This document shows positions 53,265 through 64,000 of a stretch of 64,000 nt of DNA, one piece after another. The notes under the pieces are model-generated. The model did not search any database. It saw only the letters and a program-made list of their open reading frames with translations, and had not been told where the DNA came from. The DNA is taken from the NCBI RefSeq assembly GCF_964204645.1, contig NC_134033.1, positions 8,316,655 through 8,380,654 on the forward strand, read 5' to 3'. The stretch's first letter is position 1. Each line of letters opens with the position of its first letter. A program made the position numbers and the translations under genes. This stretch comes from Tubulanus polymorphus (taxonomy: Eukaryota; Animalia; Nemertea).

Positions 53265-54108
53265 TTCTTAGCCCTTGGCCGGAGGCCATTTGTGCTTATG
53301 CTGTACCACTAGGCCATAGGGTGGTCTGCTGTTTATGTGTCAGGGTTCTTGTGAACATTCTATAGACCACAAATTTTGACCAATCGTCTTCAAATTCAAG
53401 TATATTGTGTATGATCAAAGAATCTCAAATGAGATTGATATTGGTGGTAATCGGATTCAAGATGGCTGATTGGCAGCCATCTTGGTTTCTAAAAATGCAC
53501 ATTTTAGCTATCAACTGATATGATATTCCATGTTTAGCATTCATTTTCAGGCAAGCTGTAGGCCAGCTGTAGGCTGAGCCTATTACTATACAAATGGAGC
53601 AAATTTAAATGACATGGTTTCCAGAGCAAAGGCTCTTTGACAGCGCAACTGAGCATATATTCATACAAATCATTCATTAGAGTATTCTCCATTCTCCAAA
53701 CCCTATGAAACTGAATTTTGAAAAAGGGCCTCATTAGAATTTATAGTTTTTAGTTGATTCGGCTTTTTGGGAGGAATATTTCTATTTGCACTACTGATAA
53801 TATCATTGACAATTATGCAAAGTTCGGAAAATATACCTTTTTCTCAAATCGGATGGATGACCTTGATATGCTAATTAGCCATGTGCTCAAAATGCAAATT
53901 CCATTCTGCAAAAAAATATCAAATCCAATTCAATTTTACATTATTGAACAAATTTTAAAAACATCAAATTAAATTTTGTTTTATTGAGAAAATTTCACAA
54001 AATTCAATTATATTCCTCATTCAAATCAATAAGACAAAGGGAAAAGATTTTGCCAACAGCTGACAGAACAGCTGACAGGCTAGCCATAGTGCCCCTTTGG
54101 GCTCTTGT
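53265..54108 (+). mobile_element. HINE-like element related to family B, with 3' end
   Basis: TTAGCC plus hairpin start, CAAGATGGC unit, end GGCTA..GCCCCTTTGGGC-TCTTGT. Confidence 0.65.
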
Positions 54109-54320
54109 CCATTTTTGAATGCAAAATGGAATGGTCCATTATTCTGGTATGTTCACCAGCGATGTTAAATATTTAAGTTGTCATATGGTTTCTGCATTTC
54201 TAACCACTTCCCAAGTTGGCATGGTGTCCCTGGGCCCCTAGTTTCAGAAAGATCTAAATCAATGACAGGCTCTACAGTTTTCTGGTTTCTTTAAAGGAAG
54301 CTCTGACTACTTTATTCCAG

Positions 54321-54608
54321 GTGCACAAGGTTTATCCGGTTTACCTGGGGGCCCTGGTATGAAAGGCAACAGAGGTCCAGTCGGGCCACGAGGTCTAGAT
54401 GGTGACAGCCCTGTTGATTGCCCGGATGGTCCTAGAGGTTTGCCTGGTATGGAAGGTGAAAAAGGTATCACAGGAGCAAGAGGTTTGAGTGGACTTCCAG
54501 GTCCACTTGGAATGAAAGGAGAAGCTGGGCCACAGGGTCCTGTTGGTAATCCAGGCGTGAAAGGTACCAAGGGTGACCCTGGAATTTCAGGCTTACCAGG
54601 AGCGAAAG
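54321..54608 (+). CDS. COL4A2: Exon 21 (288 bp) GAQGLSG...GLPGAK
   Basis: TTCCAG/GTATGT, interruption DSPVDCPD. Confidence 0.95.
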
Positions 54609-54678
54609 GTATGTTTATTTCAAAAATTATATATGAAAATGAAACACATATTATGGAGTCTATTATCTTTGAATACAG

Positions 54679-54981
54679 GAGCTAAAGGCATTGGTGGTGT
54701 ACATGGAAGAGATGGCTATCCTGGTGAGCCCGGACCACGTGGTTTCAAGGGTGAACCTGGACAGACTGGTGTGGGTGGTTTACCAGGATATGGGCCAAAA
54801 GGAGACAAGGGAGAAGTTGGTCTCAACGGCAAGAAGGGACTGGATGGTCTAAACGGACCAAAAGGAGAACCAGGACGTCCTGGTTTGGATGGACGTCCCG
54901 GTGAGAAGGGAGCTTCAGGAAGAACAGTAGCTGCTGGACCAAAAGGAGAAATGGGTGAACCTGGTTTAATTGGAAACAGAG
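54679..54981 (+). CDS. COL4A2: Exon 22 (303 bp) GAKGIGG...GLIGNR
   Basis: TACAG/GTGAAT, phase 1-1. Confidence 0.93.
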
Positions 54982-55060
54982 GTGAATTTTCTTTTCATTT
55001 GTCAATGTTGATCATTTATTGTGCCTTATTACCTATGATTCAACACTTTTGTATATTTAG

Positions 55061-55195
55061 GCTTGCCTGGAATTCCTGGACTGCCAGGTTTGCCTGGGGA
55101 TCAAGGACTTGCTGGATCAAAGGGTGAACGAGGATCACCAGGTCTTCCCGGTTTGCCTGGAATTAAAGGGCCAGCAGGCGCTGCTGGATTACCAG
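55061..55195 (+). CDS. COL4A2: Exon 23 (135 bp) GLPGIPG...GAAGLP
   Basis: TTTAG/GTAATG, phase 1-1. Confidence 0.93.
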
Positions 55196-56314
55196 GTAAT
55201 GAACAGAAAATCTCTGATTGTGGGCATAAAGGTACATGGAATACAATTTTCCAGGGTCTTTTATAGTAGTAAATTTTCATGAAGGAAATTGAAAAATGAA
55301 AAAATTGGGTCAGTTATTTTATATTGTGGCTTGTTAGTTGACTGAGACTATCTACAAACAGTAAACAACTGATGGAAGTGACTGTTTAAATCATCTTCTA
55401 TCATATTCTATTTGTACACAGGTACTTACAACTAGGGCCACTTACGTAACTATTTTTATGAATGTGTGTCTTTTTTGTCGCCTTGCAAAACGTCACCATT
55501 ATGAAACCTAAACAATGTTAACTATTCAGCGTCATTTTACAAAGGACAACAGTAAATCGATGTGCAAAACGTCACAGGTCTGTGTGTACACATACAAGCT
55601 TTTAGGCAAAATATTATTGACAAAGATGTAGAATGTCTTCCTGTGATTATATAATGAGCCCTATTTGAATGTCGAAATAATATATTGCATTGAATATCAT
55701 GAGAAGACGTATTGTTATAGTAATGGATGTATGATTATATCAGAAGTGGCAGGCATAAATAGAAATGATAAGTAAATCGGATTATTCGGTCAAAATGGCG
55801 GAAGTATACACGACGCAGAAGTCTGATATAAAAGTAAGACCCTTACATGGGAATGCTGATGGAATGAGGAAGCTATCTACGATCTATGTAGGGCCAGCGT
55901 GAATTTTATCGGCGGCTACAAGCGGTCAATATAAAGATTTGTAAACATATAATTCCAATATTCAAATGTTTTAGACAATATGTTCGATATTAGGGGTATG
56001 CAGGTTTCATAAGAACGATCCCGATTAGCAATTTATAATAGCATAGCTGTCGTATACGGCTCCGCGTCCTCTGATGGCATGTGTATCAGGTGTCAATGTA
56101 ACAAGCAGTTATGCACAGGCACTCGCTGATGGGCTTGGGATACAGTTCCTGGGGTTTTTGATAGTGTATCTGTGTTTTGAGCGGTTATTCTGCAATAAAT
56201 CAGAGAAAAAACGTCTTGACACCGATACGTTTAAAAAGATAATGGCTGCTGGCTCCACACACGGCGACATCACAAAATACTTACAAACTTTGTTTTTCAA
56301 TCCAAAATTACAAC

Positions 56315-56708
56315 TTTTTTTAAGCTCCGCTGTGACCGTAGGCTAATGGGTAGGGGGCCGTCGTCGTCAGTCCGTTCGTTCGTTTGTTCGTTTGTTTGTG
56401 CGTCTGTCAACTTTTTCTTCAAATCACTACTAGTCCTACAGTTTTGATAATCAGATCAATTCCAAATTTTTTGGGATTCGTCCACCACGGGGTGCCCCTG
56501 GGGGTGGCGTTTCTATTTCTTAAAATTGCTATTAGTCCTACAGTTTTAATCAGATCTAGTCCAAATTTGGTATGAATGTTCTATGTTCCAATACCTACTA
56601 AGTACAGAGCCCTTTTTGGATTTGGCCAAAAGGGGGCACCCTTGGTATGCAGCTTCTATTTCATCAAATCACACAGCGGAGCTATATAAGCCGATAGGCT
56701 CCTTGTTT
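56315..56708 (+). mobile_element. HINE-like family D, copy 2 (complete)
   Basis: Perfect 12-bp subTIRs AGCTCCGCTGTG (56323) / CACAGCGGAGCT (56672), GTTC/GTTT microsatellite, hairpin AGCC-GATA-GGCT, then CTTGTT in a T run. Confidence 0.85.
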
Positions 56709-57083
56709 TATATGGCACTTACTTGTGATATTGCAGTTATATATCCTATTATTCCATCCGACTGAGTGACACTTTGTTTCAATTTGTCAAACGTCTTTAG
56801 TACCGGTACCTTTGCTTTTATATTACCGAAGCAAAGGTTAGTACAATTTGCCTTATCATATGAAAACTGATTGAAAATATCCCGACCTATAATTTGTAAT
56901 ACGTATTCAAATGTAGATAACCCATTATTAACAATTTTCAATAAAAAAATCAAACCACTATTTACAGCCGAAGACCTGTATCACCTACACAATCGCCAAA
57001 TCTCATAATTCCCCAAATTTCTTAAAACTTCGATTTCACATTAACTTATCCCTAAAATTCGGCATTTTTTACACAGGCTTAGT

Positions 57084-58789
57084 TTATTAGCATTGCTTGA
57101 CGTCTATGACGTCATGCCAATGCTAGTCAAATGGATCGAAAATAGTAGTACGAAAAAATAGCGCAGACTCCTCTCATTTTCATAGTAACTTAAAATTGTC
57201 ACTCCGTTCACGTAAAACATTAGAAACAGCCGAAAATGACTAAAAAAAATGTTTCAATTATTCCCCACAACATAGCGTCACCAGATTTCTGATTTAATGG
57301 TCCAAAAAGTTATTCGATCGCATTTTTCTCGGTCATTATCTGGTAGATGAGAGCGGGTTAAACAATCGCGTAGCGATATGTCCGCATTGACATTGGCAGT
57401 AAAGAATGGGGAACAGCCTCTTCTGAATAAAAAAACATGAATTATGTACATCCGGTTTATAGATATCACAGTGTTTGGATATCACTGTTATTCCAACTAT
57501 CAGTATCCATAGGATTATTTGGGATTAATTCGCAGCGTCAGAATAGTATTTCTAGAGCAGTGGAATGGCAGCCTACTCGTGACTGAAACCCGTATGTGAT
57601 CGTGCGGGAACGCCTTTACTAAAGTTAAAACCATTTCATGATGACATGAAACATCGAACGGTAAACGGTAGGCTACCACCATGATACGATATCACCAATA
57701 AAGATAGATCATTTTATTCAATTTTACCAGAGTTGTTTATTGGAGGAAAATATCATTGTTAAGTACGCCGAGAACAACCATGTTGTATTATCAATCAGTT
57801 GACTGACATTGTAAAATTCGATTCGGCTATATTCTAATATAAGTTTTCTTTTTAGGACGCCCTAGCCGCCTGCTGCGCACTCCTAAGGCGGTGGCACCGT
57901 CTTACGCACTCGGCAGAGATTCCCTTTGTAATGCGCGCCAGGAAAAAATACCTTTTATTATCTTTTCCATGCGTTAAACAACAGTGATTGAATTTACGCG
58001 TTGTTTGTCGTAAATTGCAATATTGCGATGGTTATTTGCCACTGCTGTAGTATTTTTGGAATCGAATCGAGTGGCCTCGGTAGCTCAGTGAGATAAGGCG
58101 CGATGCTGTTGAATCCACTATCAATGCTGAGTTACAAGTGGGTTCGAGTCCTGCTGGCTGCGAACAGTTTGCAGGCAACACTTCAAAGGCCGTACCGTCG
58201 TGAGGTTAAATGAACAATCCAATAGGAATAGTCTTGGGAAACCAAGATCCAAACGACGTACGTAAAGCCAAACAAACAAAAAGACAAACAAACAATCATC
58301 AGCCGGCCTCAGTGACATCAACGCCGGCATCGCTCTCTGCGACGTTTTGCATGCGTACATGCATCAGAGCTTGGAGCTCTAAGATCAGAGGGTCTTGCAA
58401 TTGCATTCAGAAAAATCGTTCTGTTTTTGTTTTCATTATTCAGTGGGGCCTAACAGTTCATGCGTAAAAATGGGTTTTTGTATCCAAATCTTGATTGATA
58501 TAAATATCTTGGCTGGGACATGATGGAAAACATCAGAATAAACTAGTTTTGTCTTTTTAACAGAATCGCATTAATGAGGTTTAACAGTACAAATAGCCTA
58601 GGCTAAATCGTTCGGCAGAAAATAAATTCATTTTCAGGAATAAAATCGTACTAGACAAATAGACCTTTACCCTGCGGTCCTCCCAATCAACATCGTCATA
58701 GAAGATTTGCCGGCAGATGTAAAACATTATAACCACTTAATACCGCAGTATAATCTACCAATGCTTCAAGGCCCATGGGCCTCTTGTTT
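57084..58789 (+). mobile_element. HINE-like family A, copy 3 (complete, ~1.7 kb)
   Basis: 5' hairpin TAGCATTG..TGACGTC-TAT-GACGTCA..CAATGCTA. 3' ACCAATGCT, AGGCCCATGGGCCT, CTTGTT. Confidence 0.85.
58073..58340 (+). mobile_element. tRNA-derived SINE carried inside family A
   Basis: A box TAGCTCAGTG, B box GGTTCGAGTCC (58141). Paralog lacking the A box at ~52477-52690. Confidence 0.7.
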
Positions 58790-59225
58790 AAATTAATTTT
58801 CGTGTTCTATTTGTATCAACTCAGTTTTGATTACTTTAGAAACTGTTATATTTGGTAGTAAATTTTGCCCTAAGAATGGGTTCAAAGTGGCAGTAATCAT
58901 AGAGTAATGAACTCTGTGTCAAGCAATGATATCACATATATTTAGGGCCTGGGAAATGACTTACCTATGTATGAATTAGTGTGAGATCTGGGCCCTGCCC
59001 ATGTCTATCAAAAATGATAAATCTGTCCTCCTCCCTGGGTAATGGACATGACTCCAAGCTGATAACAATAACGGAAAGAGTATTTCAGAGCCAATATCCA
59101 CAAAGATCATATCAGTGAGGTAGAAGAGCCACACTCCAATGTGGAGAAAGATATTAAGTTAAAAAGGTGTGGTCACCTTGTGTGATCATCTTACGATGAT
59201 ATCTAGTGAGTTAGAAACTTTGTGT

Positions 59226-60641
59226 ATTTTTATAAGATTCAGCGCAACTGAATCTATTAGTAAAAAACGGAGTGTTGAATTTGTGTTGACTGCTATCTTC
59301 GAGTATGAAATGATTCACAGGCTAAGGCTGCATTAAGTTGGCTGTAATAATGGCAGCTAAGTGGCAACTGCTTTTGAAGCTAATGATGAAGCCTAAATGG
59401 GGTAAATTGGCAATTTTATGCCGTTTTTGGGGAGTTTTAGTGATGTTGTGTGATGTCATCTTGATCTACTAATGTAAACACAACATGAACGGATTTATAC
59501 AATATTTGGTGTCGAATTTACAAGTAGGCTTTTTATACATTACTGATACAACATATAAAATTCTTCAATAAGAAAACTACAAAAGAAGAAATAAAATTGA
59601 TGAGGATTTTTCATTTTTCTTGTACTGTGCTGAAAATTCCATGTTGATGTGCGGCGTAGTTTGCAGTATTTACTAAGAGCTGTGATAATAGCTCACCAAA
59701 GCTCACCAAAATCAACGAAGCCGTTAATCTTTAGATAAAGGATTTTCTGTTAATAAAAAAAAGATTTGTTTGAAAATATTTGAACTAAAATTGATAATAC
59801 ATACGCCTGGGGTCATCACTACTGCTTGGTAACAGGATAAGCGTGATCCGCGCGCTTTTTCATAAGGCCTACATTGCAAGTAGAATGATATGAATGTCCG
59901 CTTCTGCGAATAGATATCGCTCAAACGTACATATTGTTCATATCGAACTGATCTACTGTAGTTTGAGAATAGATAGAGAATTCATTTGTATGTCGAAATT
60001 GTTGAAAGAAATCTTTCTAGTTTCTAGTAAAACGTTATAAACTTTGTAATCAGTTCATTTCTATAAGTGGTGGGTCTGATATGGTAAAATTTCATCGATC
60101 ATGGTTTGAAAAAGTAATGAACAGGGTAGATAGGTGGCCAGCTGAGTCAACTTTTAAGCTCGGCAAAGAGTGGAGAGACAAGGTATCAATTTTTTAGCTT
60201 TGGCTTTGAATCCTGAAAATCCTGACCGAGTTTGTATGGAACTTAGAACACTTTCTCATCTCCCGATACAGCTAGATTTGATTTCAGCTTCAGCAACAAA
60301 AATATAAATATGACATCTGAGATGCTTTTGATTTAACGAAACCTTATAATTTATTAGGAGGCTTATGATTTATAATGATTATATGTATTTCATTTCAAAA
60401 TCTATTAGGCCTACTTAAAATGGATTACGTATTTACCTTCTCTTCCTTGTATGAATAACTGTTTGTCATTTAAAATCTAATTACCTTGTACTTTTGTAAC
60501 ATGCATTTCCTTCTATGTCAAGTATAAGCTGATAGAGCACCTTATTAAACCGATGTATGGTCTAGTATGGTGGATATGATTAACTCCTTCAATTCACTAA
60601 CTTCTGCGCTGAATCTAACAGTGCCCATGGGCACCTTGTTT
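59226..60641 (+). mobile_element. HINE-like family C (complete, ~1.4 kb)
   Basis: Perfect subTIRs AGATTCAGCGCA (59235) / TGCGCTGAATCT (60605), hairpin GTGCCCATGGGCAC, CTTGTT, T-run flanks. Confidence 0.85.
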
Positions 60642-60664
60642 TAATTCTTGAGCAATGAAATTCA

Positions 60665-61626
60665 TTTTTGGTTAACCTTTGTTAGCGGTAATTGAGTTGG
60701 TATTGAGCCAATTATGTAAAATCGTGGTATGGTACAGCTTAGAATTAAATTAACATCGTTAACGTTAATGTTCCGTTTCTTTTACGTTTAAAACGGAAAT
60801 TGATTGGCGTTTTGGAACGAAATTAAACGCATACCATACATCGTTGTATCGGTTTTAAAACGTGTTCAAATGGCATGTACAACGCTTTTCAATTGGAACG
60901 ATAAACAAGAACGCGACGCGTTCAACACACAAACGATGCGCAATTTTTGTAAGTTAATTCTAAGATGTACCGTATGTTTTTATGTGAGCATTTGTTTCAT
61001 TGGTTCTTGGCCTAAACGATATATAAACTGATGCGATTGAAGATACGCGAAACTTCCATCGATGACATGGTCAAATTCGTTAAAATTCTTCGAAAAACTG
61101 TTTTCTTAGCTTAAAATTCTTAGCTTTTGCATATAAAATTGCAATGACTTTGATTGACCTCTACTAGCGAATGTGATTGGCGGTTTTTGGGATATTTTTT
61201 GGGATATACGGGGTACTAAAGCCATAAAATTGCGAACGTTTCATTGGCCTAGGTACCGTACACGTGCAAATTCCAAATGCTCATTGCTTGTGAGAATATA
61301 TTTATTTCACATATTCAGCCAACCTCTGATTGGTGATATCATAAGAATTTCATTTAAATATTTTTCATATCGTGAAAAATATTTTTTCAAAATGAAATAG
61401 TTTCCCTACCTACGTGTACCCTACCAAATTTTGAACATGGACCGTAAACAAATTTGGCCTTATTTGACCACAAAATTATAAAGTACAATATAGAATAGAA
61501 CTAAGAACTCAAGAATTAAAATAATTTTTCATAAGCAATGCCCTTTCTCCAAACAAGCTCCAGTATGCAGTTTTCAAGGTAAAACCACTTTGCATATGGA
61601 CAATTTATTAATCTTTTACATTCTGT
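60665..61626 (+). repeat. Interspersed repeat shared with 38588-40133
   Basis: Colinear blocks as listed for the paralog. Confidence 0.75.
60730..60972. mobile_element. Tc1/mariner-like MITE with TA duplication
   Basis: TIRs GGTACAGCTTAGAATTAA / TTAATTCTAAGATGTACC. The paralog has the empty site GG-TA-GGTTTT at ~38655. Confidence 0.8.
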
Positions 61627-61819
61627 ATGTACATATAGTTGGTTTTAAAAATATTGCTCTTCCACACCCTTTCATCTCAGAGTCTGAACTATGTCAATGG
61701 CATAGAGTATTAACATATAGAATAAAATAGCCAAATCATATTCTTAGTACTAGGTTATGGTTTCACAAATCAAAAACCAAAAAGATTAATATAAATTTGA
61801 TTGAAAAATATTATTGCAG

Positions 61820-61954
61820 GTTTTGATGGTGCAGCTGGAAATCCAGGAATGAAGGGTGCAAAAGGTTCAGCTGGTCTTCCTGGATTTGATGGCTTGTCTG
61901 GTGAAAAAGGTCTACCTGGACTTGCTGGTGTGGACGGTCCTAAAGGGCAAAAAG
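61820..61954 (+). CDS. COL4A2: Exon 24 (135 bp) GFDGAAG...GPKGQK
   Basis: TGCAG/GTAGTT, phase 1-1. Confidence 0.92.
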
Positions 61955-62983
61955 GTAGTTCCATTCTTTTTTAGCTTTGGTGATGTAATCACCTAAGAAA
62001 CTAATATGACCGCTAAAACGTTTCACCCAAAAAAAAAACAATAAAAAAGAAGTCTGAACCTATACCTATCTACTGTGTATCTACTACTATAAAACAGGAA
62101 ATCATTTCACAATGTCTTTTCTTCCCTCTTGTTACCGATCTCACAATCTTGCGAGCATTGGATATATATTACCTATGCTGAAAATGTTTTCATCATTTGA
62201 AAGGTCATTGTAATCCCTACCAAACATTCAATCACTATATCAAAAGCTATATCTCTTTGTATTTGGAAGTGTAACGATTTGAAAATGACTCCTATTCATA
62301 CTGCAATTATGAGAAATTAATCAGGGTCTGAGTGGTACAGTGTTGAAAATCAACCTGGTAACAAAAGGGGTGATGGACATTTTATAAATTCAATAAATGA
62401 TATTTCAAAGCAAAATAAAATCTGTGCTTATGTAAAGTGCAAGTAAATTGTGTGCCAAGTGTGCCAAGTAAATTGATATTCGGATGACCACACCACTGGT
62501 ACCTTGTTTTCAATCATCGTGCCTAATATTGTAACTTTCTAAACTATCATTAAGCCATCGCTCTCACTGAAATTTAAGTCATCATCGAGTAACACACTCT
62601 TGATGTATTAATATTCAAATTGCTAGGATTAAATCTTGAAGTGGCAGATCTATAAATTTAATTCATTGTTATTTACCATTATCAAATTCAATTTGATTTT
62701 ACGAATCAAACAAAGCAAATTTAATTCAATTTTACTAAGCGTGAATCGCAGGAAACGATCCACCTGAAGTATTTGTTACTGCCACATGCACTGTCAGTGT
62801 TAGTTGAAAAATGCAAGAAAAATTTAGGTTCCTCTCTCAAAATCTTATTCCAGATCAATCAATAATCCAAAGAGCACTAATTGTTACATAAATTTTCTTC
62901 AATTAAGATAAAATCAGTACCGAAGCTTCAAAAATTTCAAGAAAGCAAATGAAAATTCAGTTAACATTTGTTTGGAATTATAG

Positions 62984-63247
62984 GTGAAAGAGGTTTTAAA
63001 GGTGACCGCGGTATCCGAGGGTTACCTGGGGCTATCGAAGCTAAGATTGCTGAGAAAGGTGAACAAGGTGAAAAAGGAGACCGAGGTTTAGATGGATTGC
63101 CAGGCAAAAATGGAATTCCGGGACTCTCTGGTCAAAAAGGTGAACCGGGAAAACGAGGTGACCCTGGACTCCCCGGTCTACCTGGACCTGATGGACCTCC
63201 TGGCGAGTCTGGACCCCAAGGTTTTCCTGGCATCGATGGATTACCAG
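62984..63247 (+). CDS. COL4A2: Exon 25 (264 bp) GERGFKG...GIDGLP
   Basis: TATAG/GTATTG, interruption AIEAKIAEK. Confidence 0.93.
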
Positions 63248-63385
63248 GTATTGTGTCTAAACATGTGTACTAACAAAATTCCTCCTAACTGGTTAACATT
63301 CCCAGTAATGTCAAAGCTAAATTCTATTTTTTGTTTAAATTGCATCATCAAAACTCAGAACAGCCTTTTCTATTATTATAATTAG

Positions 63386-63577
63386 GTACACCTGGGCCGA
63401 AAGGTCAGATTGGTCCTATTGGTATACCTGGAAGTGCTATTCCATCTGGATTCTTGTTAGTTCGACACAGTCAAACTACAGAAATACCTAAATGCCCAAC
63501 CGGTCAGACAAAGATGTGGGATGGATACAGTTTGCTGTACATTGAAGGAAATGAAAGAGCTCATAACCAAGATTTGG
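63386..63577 (+). CDS. COL4A2: Exon 26 (192 bp), helix/NC1 junction exon
   Basis: [16 protein letters not shown] then [15 protein letters not shown]...HNQDL. Intron falls within the Gly of QDLG, as in other collagen IV genes. ATTAG/GTACGT. Confidence 0.96.
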
Positions 63578-63727
63578 GTACGTTTGCTTTTGCTGGGTTT
63601 GTCAAAGAGTTTCATATGGCAAAATTATTCACTTTTCGAATATCGAACATTATCAAACATTTTATCGAAAATTTTCCTCAGACAGCATAATTCAGTAACC
63701 ATCACTCCATTTCAACTTTTGTCATTC

Positions 63728-64000
63728 ATTAGCCCACTTGGGACTTTAGTCCGAGCGGGCTATTGCGTTCACTTTTCGTCCGTCGTCCGTCCGTCCGTCC
63801 ATAGACGGAATCCAATTATTTTGGGCAGTTTTGAAGACGCTTCAATATAATGTCTTGATATTTTGGTTACACATGTATCTACCCTAGACACATCTTGAGC
63901 CCAAAAACTGGCCCTGACAAATCAAGATGGCCGACTGGCAGCAATTTGATATATATTTGAATCCCCCAAGGGCCCATCAGCGTAGGAAAAACAGGGTCGA
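63728..64000 (+). mobile_element. HINE-like family B, 5' end, runs off window
   Basis: TTAGCCCACTTGGGACT...GCGGGCTATTG, (GTCC)n, CAAGATGGCCG. Confidence 0.8.

Larger units (their letters stand above)
4503..63577 (+). other. COL4A2: Type IV collagen alpha2-like gene, 26 coding exons in window, partial at both ends
   Basis: All 26 exons are bounded by AG/GT and join in frame (4615 nt). Product has a 7S region with GCNGT, interrupted Gly-X-Y, and NC1 start [44 protein letters not shown]. LLVxHSQT and EG.E.AHNQDLG match alpha2/let-2-type NC1 rather than alpha1-type VQGNxRAHGQDLG. Confidence 0.93.

Overview
Eukaryotic, AT-rich, transposon-dense DNA from an invertebrate animal (taxon not determinable from this window). 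Nearly the whole window is one + strand type IV (basement membrane) collagen gene of the alpha2 lineage (COL4A2/let-2-like). I traced 26 GT-AG coding exons from 4503 to 63577 (numbered here 1-26 within the window). They splice in frame to 4615 nt (~1538 aa) covering the 7S region, ~1490 aa of interrupted Gly-X-Y and the start of NC1. The signal-peptide exon(s) were not found, and the rest of NC1 lies beyond the window. The introns hold nested mobile DNA: several Helentron/HINE-like families, PIF/Harbinger-, Tc1-, CACTA-, hAT- and MULE-like MITEs, LINE 3' remnants, tRNA-derived SINEs, a piggyBac remnant and a Penelope-type minimal hammerhead ribozyme. I found no convincing new multi-gene system. 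The best leads are RNA-structure and transposon-splicing observations. All alignments and family assignments were made by eye and need computational confirmation.
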